A DNA stretch of 47,826 bases, from assembly GCA_001781555.1 (NCBI GenBank), contig MFLP01000034.1, positions 1,788-49,613 on the forward strand, in the 5' to 3' direction. The notes beneath the pieces were generated by a model. It made no database searches. It worked only from the letters and a program-made list of their open reading frames with translations, and was not told the origin of the DNA. The translations under genes were made by a program, and so were the position numbers. This stretch comes from Candidatus Kaiserbacteria bacterium RIFCSPHIGHO2_12_FULL_53_13 (GTDB lineage Bacteria > Patescibacteriota > Minisyncoccia > Phycocordibacterales > UBA2100). Of the stretch, positions 27,385 to 36,462 are shown piece by piece (within the stretch, counting starts at the first letter, position 1; every line of letters starts with the position of its first letter).

Positions 27385-28437
27385 CTAGATTTTTATTATT
27401 TTTTCCCACGAACGTCTGGCTACTCCGAAATGCCCGTAGGTGGCGGTTTCTCGGAAAATGGGGCGGCGCAAATCAAGGCGTTCTATTATTGCCTGGGGGC
27501 GGAAGTCGAAATTCTTCGTGACGATGTTCGTCAGATTTTTTCCTTTGTCGTCGAACGCTTCTATCATCACGGGCTCTGCTCGCCCGATGGCGTAAGCAAC
27601 CGACACTAGGGCTTTCTTCGCGTAGCCGTTCGCGACCAGGTTCTTCGCGACGAATCGGCACATATACGCCGCCGAACGGTCGACTTTCATCGGCTCTTTT
27701 CCTGAGAAACACCCGCCGCCATGCGGCATGAGGCCTCCGTAGGTATCGACTTGTATCTTTCGGCCTGTTAATCCCGCATCTGCTTCAAAACCGCCTTGCA
27801 CGAACCGTCCTGTCGGATTGACTAGTATTTCTATGTTCTTCGTCGAGCCGAGTACGGGAGTGAAGAGATGTTTTATGAGCTGTTTCCGTATCTCTTCTTG
27901 AGAGACTTTCTTGTCATGCTGCGTGGAGCAGAGCGCCGTCAGGACTTTACCCTTTGAGATAGTCACCTGCGTTTTGCCGTCGGGCTTCAGCCAGGGAAGC
28001 GTCTTGTCGCGGCGCAATTTCTCAAGGCGTCTTGCGAGCGCGTGCGCCAAGACCACTCCAAGAGGAAGCATCTCTTTCGTTTCGTTCGTCGCATAACCAT
28101 ACATGATGCCCTGATCCCCCGCGCCGCCCGTGTCAACGCCCATCGCAATGTCAGGTGATTGCTGTGCGATACGCACAAGCACCTCAAGGTTGTCCTTGTA
28201 GCCGATTTCCCGGTAGACGCGCCTCGCGATCTTTTCAAAGTCGACTTTCGCTTTCGTCCGGACTTCTCCGCCTATCATAAGAGTTCCGTGACTGCCGAAC
28301 GTCTCCACGCCGGCTCTGCTGAAGGGGTCTTGTTCGAGCATTGCATCAAGAATGGCGTCTGATATCTGGTCGCAGACCTTATCGGGATGCCCGCATGTGA
28401 CGCTCTCCACCGTGTACCTCTCAAGTAAATGGAACAT
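27385..28437 (-). CDS. metK: S-adenosylmethionine synthetase
   Basis: ESVTCGHPDK, GAGDQGIMYGYA, GLTGRKI.VDTYGG, KVDRSAAY. Confidence 0.96.
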   Translation of the reverse strand: MFHLLERYTVESVTCGHPDKVCDQISDAILDAMLEQDPFSRAGVETFGSHGTLMIGGEVRTKAKVDFEKIARRVYREIGYKDNLEVLVRIAQQSPDIAMGVDTGGAGDQGIMYGYATNETKEMLPLGVVLAHALARRLEKLRRDKTLPWLKPDGKTQVTISKGKVLTALCSTQHDKKVSQEEIRKQLIKHLFTPVLGSTKNIEILVNPTGRFVQGGFEADAGLTGRKIQVDTYGGLMPHGGGCFSGKEPMKVDRSAAYMCRFVAKNLVANGYAKKALVSVAYAIGRAEPVMIEAFDDKGKNLTNIVTKNFDFRPQAIIERLDLRRPIFRETATYGHFGVARRSWEKIIKI

Positions 28438-28486
28438 AATATCTTATAGAACCAAATATCTCCCCGACGGGAGATTATTGATAAAA

Positions 28487-28577
28487 GTATCTTCCCATAC
28501 GGGCTGGATGTGGCACCTTCTCTTTCGAGGGTTGTCGGCGGGTCATCAGGCCAGTTCCTTCACCGCGCTCTTGATAC
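28487..28577 (-). ncRNA. SAM-I (S-box) riboswitch upstream of metK
   Basis: Minus strand GTATCAAGAG..GGTGAAGGAACTGGCCTGATGA..CAACC..AAGGTGCC.ATCCAG..GAAGATAC; P1 GTATC/GATAC; downstream hairpin at 28458-28475. Confidence 0.85.
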
Positions 28578-28639
28578 GATATTCAGTTGTGCACACATGA
28601 TAGCAGTCATCGTGCCGCTGTGCAATACTGCCGCACGTG

Positions 28640-28738
28640 TCCCGTTAGAAGCCCGGGGGCGCGATATGCTTAAAGAGAATCTAAGACAATCACAAAAAGG
28701 AAGTGGATATGTTTTGCCGCGTACCGCTTCTAACGGGA
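28640..28738 (+). mobile_element. Start-codon-associated TIR element, copy 4 (99 bp) at maf
   Basis: TCCCGTTAGAAGC / GCTTCTAACGGGA; the last A is the maf ATG; left flank ACGTG does not match the right flank. Confidence 0.8.
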
Positions 28739-29304
28739 TGAAAAAAATAATTCTCGCGTCCGCGTCTCCTCGCAGGAAGGAGATACTCAAAAAACTGCGG
28801 CTTCCGTTCACGACGGAAGAAAGCGGCTACGAGGAGGACTTGGGTCTCAAACTGAAGCCGCGCTCTCTTGCAAAGCACCTCGCGCTAATGAAGGCCGAAG
28901 CTGTCGCAAGGCGACGCAAGAACGCCATTGTCATCGGAGCCGATACCATCGTTGTCTTGAAAGGGAAAGTATTGGGGAAGCCGAAGAACGCATCGGATGC
29001 GCGCAAGATGCTGAGCCAACTCTCCGGCAATATACACACGGTCATTACCGGGTTCGCCATAATAGACGTAAAAACAGGAGAAAAAGTGTCGAAAGCGGTC
29101 GAGACGCGTGTGTATTTCAGGGAGCTTGATAAGCGCGAAATATCGGATTACATGAAAACGGGGGAGCCGCAGGGTAAAGCCGGGGCATATGCGATACAGG
29201 GATTTGGGGCTGTACTTATAAAGAAAATCGAAGGCGACTATTACAATGTCGTCGGATTGCCGCTTTCCGCACTTCGTGAGGAGTTAAACAGGATACTGGA
29301 ATAA
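28738..29304 (+). CDS. maf: Maf-family nucleotide pyrophosphatase
   Basis: IILASASPRR, IGADTIV, GKP, KAGAYAIQG, NVVGLP. Confidence 0.93.
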   Translation: MKKIILASASPRRKEILKKLRLPFTTEESGYEEDLGLKLKPRSLAKHLALMKAEAVARRRKNAIVIGADTIVVLKGKVLGKPKNASDARKMLSQLSGNIHTVITGFAIIDVKTGEKVSKAVETRVYFRELDKREISDYMKTGEPQGKAGAYAIQGFGAVLIKKIEGDYYNVVGLPLSALREELNRILE

Positions 29305-29478
29305 AAAGTTATACACAGCCCTGCCCGTAAATCACTTTCTTATGTATTGGCGGGGGGTACAATGCCATGGACGTAGGAGTTCTACGGCCCTTGTTTTTTA
29401 ACAAGCGTCAGTTGAAAGCACTCCGAAGTTATTACAAAGGTCTCATATTAATAGGTTTTTAGTAAAAATTAATTCGAT

Positions 29479-29931
29479 ATGAAAGGTATTTCAATCTTCA
29501 AGAGTGCGGGATTCTGGCCGGTGATGGTTGCAGTAGTTGTTTCCGTGTTTTTTGTTGTTGCGACCGTGCAAGCAACCACGACCATTAGTACGGATATTAC
29601 TACGGGGGGGTCACTTACCGTGACCACGGGTGACACTTCGCTCCAGCATGCCTCGACGACGCAGCTCTCTAATTCAGGGGTAGCGTGGTTTACAGGCGAC
29701 ACGACACTTGGACACGCCTCGACTACTCAGTTGACAAGTTCAGGAACGGTTTGGGTTACCACTTCTGACTCCGCCACCTCGACGGTTTCTCTTGGTTGTA
29801 TACAGACAACAGCGACGTCGACATTGACCCCGATTAAGCTCAGCATTGGGGCTGCTTCTACGACAGCAGGAACTACATTTGGTGCTGCCGCTGACGGTTT
29901 CGTCACTTGGACATACGGGACGTGTCCATAA
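29479..29931 (+). CDS. Secreted Thr/Ser-rich small protein with an internal 22-aa repeat
   Basis: Signal-like hydrophobic N-terminus; GDTSLQHASTTQLSNSGVAWFT / GDTTLGHASTTQLTSSGTVWVT; two C-terminal Cys. Confidence 0.65.
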   Translation: MKGISIFKSAGFWPVMVAVVVSVFFVVATVQATTTISTDITTGGSLTVTTGDTSLQHASTTQLSNSGVAWFTGDTTLGHASTTQLTSSGTVWVTTSDSATSTVSLGCIQTTATSTLTPIKLSIGAASTTAGTTFGAAADGFVTWTYGTCP

Positions 29932-30061
29932 TAGTGGTTCATTCATCGGCTAGCTAACTCAAACATGTCATCATGAAACGAATACTCTGCATGCAGACGG
30001 CGACGGTTTGGAGGCGATTCGCTAGCGGTGTGACATTATCAGCTTCAATAGCGAGCGACAC

Positions 30062-31111
30062 ATGAAAAAATTCTTAATTTCGAGTTCGATCGCGGCATTG
30101 CTTCTGCCTGGACTCGCCCTCGCTGATTACAACGACGTAAGCTTGACCGCGAGCACGGTATTAAGCGTTGGCGGCGCAACCTTGAATGTGCACGGCACGA
30201 CCGCGGTCGTGGAGTCAATAACTGTTGGGGCTTCGAGCTTCACAGTGACTTTGCAGCCAAGCTCATCAATCGAGATCCAATCCACCGCTCACCTAACTCT
30301 CGCGACAAATGCGGAACCGGCCTATATAAGCACTAATACCTGCAGTGATACGGAGTCGATACTGAAACTCGTTTCCTCTATGGGTTCTGCGACCATTACT
30401 GTTACTCCTGGAAGTGCATGTAGCGGAACAGCCACAGGGTCCACTAGTAATACCTCAACCACAAGCACTGGTAGCGGCAGCAATGGTGCCCCGGTTGCAA
30501 GCGGCGGAGGCGGTGGTGGAGGCAGTGTCGTCAGAGCAATAACGCCTGAGCTACCTGTAGCAACGCCAGCCGTTTCCACAACGCCCGCAACCACAGTATC
30601 CGCATCCGGCTCTCTCACCGCCGACTTCGGTATTGGAGCAAAGGGCGTGGACGTGGAAGCCCTCCAGAGCTTCCTCGAGGCGAGAGGATTCCTGACTATG
30701 CCGGCAGGAGTTGCAAAAGGAACATACGGTGCTCTGACACGCACAGCAGTCCGCGCCTATCAGCAAAGCAAAGGCATCTCGCAGACTGGCTATGTTGGTC
30801 CGATGACCCGCGCTTCGGTCAATGCTGAACTTGGCGCGGGCACCTCTATGGCGGCTCCAGCATCTGCATCCGCATCCGGCTCTCTCTCCGCCGACTTCGG
30901 CATCGGAGCGAAGGGCAGTGATGTTGAGACACTCCAGACCCTCCTTGAATCGAAAGGATTTCTGACTATGCCAGCGGGGGTTTCGAAAGGAACCTACGGC
31001 GCTCTGACGCGCACCGCAGTCCGGGCATATCAGGAGAGCAAGGGTATTTCGCAGACCGGCTATATCGGCCCGTTGACTCGTGCGGCGGTCAATGCTGAAC
31101 TTGGACAGTAA
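30062..31111 (+). CDS. Secreted protein with two peptidoglycan-binding domains
   Basis: Signal peptide, Ser/Gly/Thr linker, duplicated DFGIGAKG.DVE.LQ..L..G.L..GTYGALTR.AV..YQ..GI.QTGY.GP.TR. Confidence 0.85.
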   Translation: MKKFLISSSIAALLLPGLALADYNDVSLTASTVLSVGGATLNVHGTTAVVESITVGASSFTVTLQPSSSIEIQSTAHLTLATNAEPAYISTNTCSDTESILKLVSSMGSATITVTPGSACSGTATGSTSNTSTTSTGSGSNGAPVASGGGGGGGSVVRAITPELPVATPAVSTTPATTVSASGSLTADFGIGAKGVDVEALQSFLEARGFLTMPAGVAKGTYGALTRTAVRAYQQSKGISQTGYVGPMTRASVNAELGAGTSMAAPASASASGSLSADFGIGAKGSDVETLQTLLESKGFLTMPAGVSKGTYGALTRTAVRAYQESKGISQTGYIGPLTRAAVNAELGQ

Positions 31112-31142
31112 ATCTCACCGTTTTATTTAGAGCGTTTGAGAT

Positions 31143-31173
31143 ACAAAACCGCCCCCTTTTGGGGCGGTTTTGT
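31143..31173. terminator. Intrinsic terminator
   Basis: ACAAAACCGCCCC-CTTTT-GGGGCGGTTTTGT. Confidence 0.8.
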
Positions 31174-31242
31174 GCATCGTATGACAAAATTAGTGCAGAG
31201 ATTGCCAATATCCTTCATGCAGTATACGGTGTATGATACTGT

Positions 31243-32190
31243 ATGAAAAAAATCGTTACTATAGGCGCAGGAACGGGGAGCTACATGATCTTGCGTGGTC
31301 TAAAGAAATTCCCTTTTGACATTACGGCAGTCATGACCATGTTCGACAACGGCGGCTCGTCCGGCGTGCTTCGCGATGAGTTCGGTATACTCCCGCCCGG
31401 CGACGTGCGCCGCGCCCTTGTTGCGCTTTCCGAAGGCAAACGCAGAGCAGTACTCCGGGACCTCTTTAACTACCGCTTCGAGCAGAAGGGAAGCCCTCTT
31501 CATGGGCACAGTTTCGGAAATCTTTTTTTGCTGGCCCTTTCAAAGATATATGGCGGCGACATGGAGGGGATAAAGAAAGCCGCGGAGCTCCTGAATCTTA
31601 AAGGCAGGGTGCTCCCTGTTTCCTTGAACAGCTCGCATGTGCATGCGACTCTTGAGGATGGGACGAAGATCATCGGCGAGACGAATATTGACATACCGAA
31701 ACACAACGGAGACCTGCGCATCAAAAAGATAGTCTTGAAACCCAGGGCGCGTATCTTTAAGGAGACAAGCGAAGCCATTCGCGATGCGGATCTGATAGTC
31801 ATAGGCCCGGGCGATATCTATTCGTCTCTCGTGCCGAATCTTCTTGTCGATGGGATGAAAGATGCTTTGCGCAAGAGCAAAGGAAAGAAGGCAGTCATCT
31901 GCAATTCAATGACTAAATGGGGCGAGACGCACGACTTTGCGGCTTCCGATATGGTCCGGGAACTCCTTAAATACAGCGGATTGAAGAAATTCGATTATGT
32001 CATCTGCAATAATAAGGAAATATCCGCAAAAGTGCAGGCGAAGTACGCTAAAGAAAAGAAATACCCGGTGCGGATAGATGAAAAGCTCGGGAAATATGCC
32101 GGTCGGGTCATAAAAGCCGATCTTCTGCTCGACTCGGATGTTGTGCGCTACGACCCGAAGACTGTTGCGAAAATATTGTACAAACTTTGA
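31243..32190 (+). CDS. yvcK: YvcK/GlmR (CofD-related) family protein
   Basis: IVTIGAGTG, DNGGSSGVLR, PPGDVR, HSFGNL, GPGDIYSSL.PNLL. Confidence 0.88.
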   Translation: MKKIVTIGAGTGSYMILRGLKKFPFDITAVMTMFDNGGSSGVLRDEFGILPPGDVRRALVALSEGKRRAVLRDLFNYRFEQKGSPLHGHSFGNLFLLALSKIYGGDMEGIKKAAELLNLKGRVLPVSLNSSHVHATLEDGTKIIGETNIDIPKHNGDLRIKKIVLKPRARIFKETSEAIRDADLIVIGPGDIYSSLVPNLLVDGMKDALRKSKGKKAVICNSMTKWGETHDFAASDMVRELLKYSGLKKFDYVICNNKEISAKVQAKYAKEKKYPVRIDEKLGKYAGRVIKADLLLDSDVVRYDPKTVAKILYKL

Positions 32191-32194
32191 GAGC

Positions 32195-32872
32195 ATGAAC
32201 GTTCGCCAGGCATCTAAAGACAAGGGACGGGCGAGGCGTGCGAGGAGTATAGTTTCCTATTTGAAAAAGGCTTATCCTGAGCCAAAAAGCGAGCTCAAGT
32301 ATAAGACACCATTTCAGTTCGTGGTTGCCGTAATTCTTTCCGCGCAGTGCACCGACAAGGCAGTGAACCGTACGACCGAGAAACTCTTCAGGAAATACAA
32401 GACACCGCGCGATTTCGCTCGGACAAGACCGCAAGTCTTCCGGAAAGAGTTATCCTCAGTCCCATTTTTCCGCAACAAAGCGAAACATATCATCGCAGCG
32501 GCGCAGAAAGTGTGCGATGTATACGGAAGCACAGTGCCAAGCACTGAAAGTGACCTGCAAACGCTTCCAGGCGTTGGATACAAAACGGCGCACGTAATTC
32601 TAGGCGAGCTTTTCGACGTGTGGGAGGGAATAGCGACTGACACGCACGTGAAGCGCTTTGCAAAGCGCTTCGACCTTTCCCATCATTACGATCTCAAGAA
32701 GATATCGAAGGATCTCGAAGCGCTCATCCCGAAGAAGGACTGGAAGTACGTGAACAACGGTCTCGTGCTATACGGCCGCTACATCTGCCCTGCGCGACCG
32801 CACGAATGCAAGAACCATCCGCTTACAAAGTTGTGGCCTGCGGCCCTCCACCGATGGCCAAAATCCAAATAA
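32195..32872 (+). CDS. nth: Endonuclease III (HhH-GPD glycosylase)
   Basis: VILSAQCTD, LPGVGYKTA, IATDTHV; Fe-S cysteine motif incomplete. Confidence 0.9.
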   Translation: MNVRQASKDKGRARRARSIVSYLKKAYPEPKSELKYKTPFQFVVAVILSAQCTDKAVNRTTEKLFRKYKTPRDFARTRPQVFRKELSSVPFFRNKAKHIIAAAQKVCDVYGSTVPSTESDLQTLPGVGYKTAHVILGELFDVWEGIATDTHVKRFAKRFDLSHHYDLKKISKDLEALIPKKDWKYVNNGLVLYGRYICPARPHECKNHPLTKLWPAALHRWPKSK

Positions 32873-32896
32873 CGTAGATAATCAGATATGTATGAA

Positions 32897-33013
32897 TCCC
32901 GTTAGAGGCCGCGGTCGCACGAGACAATATCAAATTTCCTACTTCAATCTTTTACGTCACTAATTCTATGTTTTTATATTCAAATACACGACCGCGACCT
33001 GCCTCTAACGTGA
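32897..33013 (+). mobile_element. Start-codon-associated TIR element, copy 5 (117 bp) at the alpha/beta hydrolase
   Basis: TCCCGTTAGAGGC / GCCTCTAACGTGA plus inner stem CGCGGTCG/CGACCGCG; TGAA duplicated at 32893-32896 and 33014-33017; upstream ATG 32892. Confidence 0.85.
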
Positions 33014-33762
33014 TGAAAGTCATCGTGGATGGATTGGCGGCAGAATACATAGATGAGGGAAAGGGTCCTGCGGTGCTTTTCTTGCACGGTTGGAAAGATG
33101 AGCTACACACGTTCGACGATATCGTATCGCGGCTTTCTTCCGCATTTCGAATAATAAGGGTCGACCTCCCTGGTTTCGGAGAAAGTGAAAAACCTGCTTT
33201 TCCATGGACTCTGGATGACTATGTGCTATTCGTGAAAGATTTCATGTCCAAGTTGGATATAAAGCCGGAAATACTCGTCGGCCATTCTTTGGGAGGACGT
33301 ATCTTGATAAAAGGAGCTTCGGCAAAAGCTTTAAGTGCCAGAAAAATCGTACTCATTGCTTCCGCCGGAATTGCGAAGAGAAGAACTATCCGCAACAAGG
33401 TCCTTACGGCGCTTGCAAAAGCGGCGAAGGTACTGACCATCTTGCCGCCTATGCGTTTCTGGCGCGCCGAACTGCGCCGTAAGCTGTACGAAAAGATCGG
33501 CAGTGATTATTTCGCCGCGGGCGAACTCCGCGACACGTTCCTCAACGTCATCAGGGAAGATCTGCAGTCCGCCGCATCTTGTATAACGATACCGACACTC
33601 TTGATCTGGGGAAGTGCTGACAAGACAACGCCGCTTTCCGATGGAGAACGATTGTCGAAGATAATCAAAAACTCAACTTTGAAAGTGATACCGGGTGCCG
33701 GACATTTTGTGCACCGTGAGCGACCGGCAGAAGTCGCGGAGATGATACGCCGATTCATATGA
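33013..33762 (+). CDS. Alpha/beta-fold hydrolase
   Basis: FLHGW, DLPGFGES, GHSLGG nucleophile elbow, WGSAD, GAGHF; in-frame ATG 32968 inside the element is an alternative start. Confidence 0.9.
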   Translation: MKVIVDGLAAEYIDEGKGPAVLFLHGWKDELHTFDDIVSRLSSAFRIIRVDLPGFGESEKPAFPWTLDDYVLFVKDFMSKLDIKPEILVGHSLGGRILIKGASAKALSARKIVLIASAGIAKRRTIRNKVLTALAKAAKVLTILPPMRFWRAELRRKLYEKIGSDYFAAGELRDTFLNVIREDLQSAASCITIPTLLIWGSADKTTPLSDGERLSKIIKNSTLKVIPGAGHFVHRERPAEVAEMIRRFI

Positions 33763-35183
33763 AAGCTCTTTTTTCCCGCTATCATCCGCGTTACATGCGC
33801 TCGCTCGTTTACATGCTTCAAGCGAGTGAGTACAACATCCGCGATTATCTCGCGTGGTACGGGCGCACGCGCGATTTCAGTCGCGTCGAAAAGCGCAAGC
33901 GTCTGGAAAAGACGCCGAAGGCACTCGCACTTCTTGCAGTCTCGTGGGCGGCGGTCCTCATCGTCGGGGCAATTGTCGTTACCGGCATTTTGGCGGCTGA
34001 CAATATGTCGCATGTCGCCGCAGTCGGTCTTCTCATAACATTTCCGTTCGTTCTGCCGTACGTGCTTGCGGTTGCCATCCTTGTTTTACGCGTTATTCAA
34101 TGGCCCGTCGAACGATACATCACATCGCAAGCGGCACGCGCGCTCGCACGACATCCTGCGGTAAAGATCGCCATTGCCGGCAGTTTCGGGAAAACGAGCA
34201 TGCGCGAGATATTAAAGACAGTCCTCGCGGAAGGAAAAAAGGTGGCAGCCCCGCCCGGAAGCTACAACACGCCGCTCGGAATTGCGCAGTTCGTGAGAAC
34301 GTTGAGCGGTGACGAGGACGTCCTCATTTTCGAGTTCGGAGAATATTATCCGGGCGACGTCAGAAAATTATGCGAACTCGTAGAACCACATCTGGGAATA
34401 ATTACCGGCATTAACGAGGCGCATTTGGAAAAGTTCAAGACGATAGAACGCACCGCAGCCACCATTTTCGAGCTTGCTGATTATCTTTCTGAGGGTCCTG
34501 TCTACGTAAACGGGGAAAACGAACTTGCAAGATCTATCGCGCCAAGAGACTCGATCTTCTATACGCGCGACGGCGCGAGGAGGTGGCGTGCCAAGAATGC
34601 CAGTACAAATCTGGCGGGCACGACATTTATTTTGGAAAGCGGGGACGAGAAAATCGAAGTGCACTCGGAGCTTCTCGGCCTGCACATGCTGGGGTCTTTG
34701 GCCGCAGCATCAGACATAGCGTCGCGAGTGGGGCTTACCAACGCACAGATACGATCAGGACTCGCGAGAACGCAGGCTTTCGAACACAGGCTGGAAAAAC
34801 GGACAGATAGTGCCGGGGTCATCACGCTCGATGACAGCTACAACGGCAATCCCGACGGAGTGCGCGCGGTGATAGATTTTCTATCCTCACTCACAGGTCG
34901 TCGGAGATGGTATGTAACTCCTGGATTAGTGGAGATGGGCCCAAGAAAGAGGGAAGTGCACAATAATATCGGCAGAGAGCTCGCGGCCGCCGGAATTGAG
35001 AAAGTTGTACTGATACGGAACTCCGTGACACCCCTCATCGAGGAAGGCCTCAAGGAATCGGGCTACACAGGCGAGATCATCTGGTTCGACGAAGGGCTTG
35101 CGGCATATGCGGCGCTCCCGCACATGACCGTTGCGGGCGACGTGGTGCTCCTGCAGAACGATTGGCCGGATCAGTACGCTTGA
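33759..35183 (+). CDS. murF: Mur ligase, MurF-like, with N-terminal transmembrane segments
   Basis: IAGSFGKTS, SYNTPLG, EHRL, DDSYNGNP, TPGLVEMG; adjacent to ddl. Confidence 0.8.
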   Translation: MKALFSRYHPRYMRSLVYMLQASEYNIRDYLAWYGRTRDFSRVEKRKRLEKTPKALALLAVSWAAVLIVGAIVVTGILAADNMSHVAAVGLLITFPFVLPYVLAVAILVLRVIQWPVERYITSQAARALARHPAVKIAIAGSFGKTSMREILKTVLAEGKKVAAPPGSYNTPLGIAQFVRTLSGDEDVLIFEFGEYYPGDVRKLCELVEPHLGIITGINEAHLEKFKTIERTAATIFELADYLSEGPVYVNGENELARSIAPRDSIFYTRDGARRWRAKNASTNLAGTTFILESGDEKIEVHSELLGLHMLGSLAAASDIASRVGLTNAQIRSGLARTQAFEHRLEKRTDSAGVITLDDSYNGNPDGVRAVIDFLSSLTGRRRWYVTPGLVEMGPRKREVHNNIGRELAAAGIEKVVLIRNSVTPLIEEGLKESGYTGEIIWFDEGLAAYAALPHMTVAGDVVLLQNDWPDQYA

Positions 35184-35203
35184 TGGTAGGATTCAGAAAT
35201 GAA

Positions 35204-35298
35204 CCCCGTTAGAAGCCTAATTTCAGAAGTTTATACAAAGTCCTAAGGTAGCGAACAAAAATCAACATAATTTATGGTGGAGAAAGCTTCTAACGGGG
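35204..35298 (+). mobile_element. Start-codon-associated TIR element, copy 6 (95 bp) at ddl
   Basis: CCCCGTTAGAAGC / GCTTCTAACGGGG; TGAA duplicated at 35200-35203 and 35299-35302; upstream ATG 35199, rebuilt GTG 35298. Confidence 0.88.
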
Positions 35299-36461
35299 TG
35301 AAGACGATCGCGGTCATTTTTGGCGGACGGAGCGCGGAGCATGACGTTTCCATCATCACCGCTCACATTCCCATAATCCAATCACTCCAAGCGAGCGGGC
35401 AATTCGACGTGTGGCCGATTTACATATCCAAGAATGGAAAGTGGTACGCGGACAAGGCGATGAATGACTTCGCATTTTTCAAGCGACCGGACTTCGAATC
35501 TATCCTTTCGCGGCAGAAGCCCGTGCGATTGTCGTTCGAGAATGGCCTGGGCATCTCCTGGCCAGGGGTCTTATCGAAGTCGGTGCGCATAGATGTCGTG
35601 TTCCCATCCATGCACGGGACATACGGTGAAGATGGAAGCTTGATGGGGTTACTGCGTATGGCGGGGGTGCCGTTCGCAGGGTGCGACATGTTTGCTTCTG
35701 CCGTCGCAATGGACAAAGCGTTCACGAAGCAAGTTCTCTTTGCTGAAGGTATTTCTGTAGTTCCATTCTGCTGGTTCACACGCGCGCAGTGGGAGACAGA
35801 AAACGTGCAGATAAAAAAACGCATCGCCGAACTAAGCTGGCCTGTATTCGTAAAGCCGGTGCATCTCGGCTCCTCGATAGGCATCACGAAAGTCAAAAAG
35901 GAATCTGAATTGGAGAATGCCATAGAAGTCGCTCTGCATTATGACGACAAAGTTCTAGTCGAAGAAAGCGTCGAAGAACTTACGGAAGTGACGCTTCCTA
36001 TCATGGGCAATGATATTGTGCAGACAGCGGAAGTGGAACGACCGCTCAATAAGGCAGAGTTCTTCGATTTCAAGGACAAGTATCTCTCCGGCGGGAAGGG
36101 TGGGAAGAGTGCTGACGGGGCTCTCTATAAGTACAGCGAGATCCCTGCGGACATCGGAGCGGAAATGACAGCGAGCGTGAAAGAATTGGGGGCGAGAGTC
36201 TACCGGGTGCTCGGATGTTCCGGCACCGCGCGCGTCGATTTTCTTATCGACAATCGCTCCGGCCGTCTGTACGTCAACGAAGTGAACACGTTGCCGGGTA
36301 CTCTCTATCAGCACAACTGGAAGAAGGCCGGCGTTTCTAACATGGACCTTGTATTGAAGCTCGTCGCATTGGCAGAGGAGCGTTTTGAATCACAGAAGAA
36401 CACGACCCGCGCATTCAATTCTGATATTTTAAGCAAAATTCGAGGTCCGAAGGCGCAATGA
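35298..36461 (+). CDS. ddl: D-alanine--D-alanine ligase
   Basis: FGGRSAEHDVS, HGTYGEDG, KP..GSSIG, RVDF, NEVNTLPG; in-frame ATG 35274 inside the element is an alternative start. Confidence 0.93.
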   Translation: MKTIAVIFGGRSAEHDVSIITAHIPIIQSLQASGQFDVWPIYISKNGKWYADKAMNDFAFFKRPDFESILSRQKPVRLSFENGLGISWPGVLSKSVRIDVVFPSMHGTYGEDGSLMGLLRMAGVPFAGCDMFASAVAMDKAFTKQVLFAEGISVVPFCWFTRAQWETENVQIKKRIAELSWPVFVKPVHLGSSIGITKVKKESELENAIEVALHYDDKVLVEESVEELTEVTLPIMGNDIVQTAEVERPLNKAEFFDFKDKYLSGGKGGKSADGALYKYSEIPADIGAEMTASVKELGARVYRVLGCSGTARVDFLIDNRSGRLYVNEVNTLPGTLYQHNWKKAGVSNMDLVLKLVALAEERFESQKNTTRAFNSDILSKIRGPKAQ

Positions 36462-36462
36462 T

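Noticed and set aside
28510..28639. Long N-terminal extension of maf in the ORF track
   Set aside because: Runs antisense through the SAM riboswitch; Maf homology starts at 28738.
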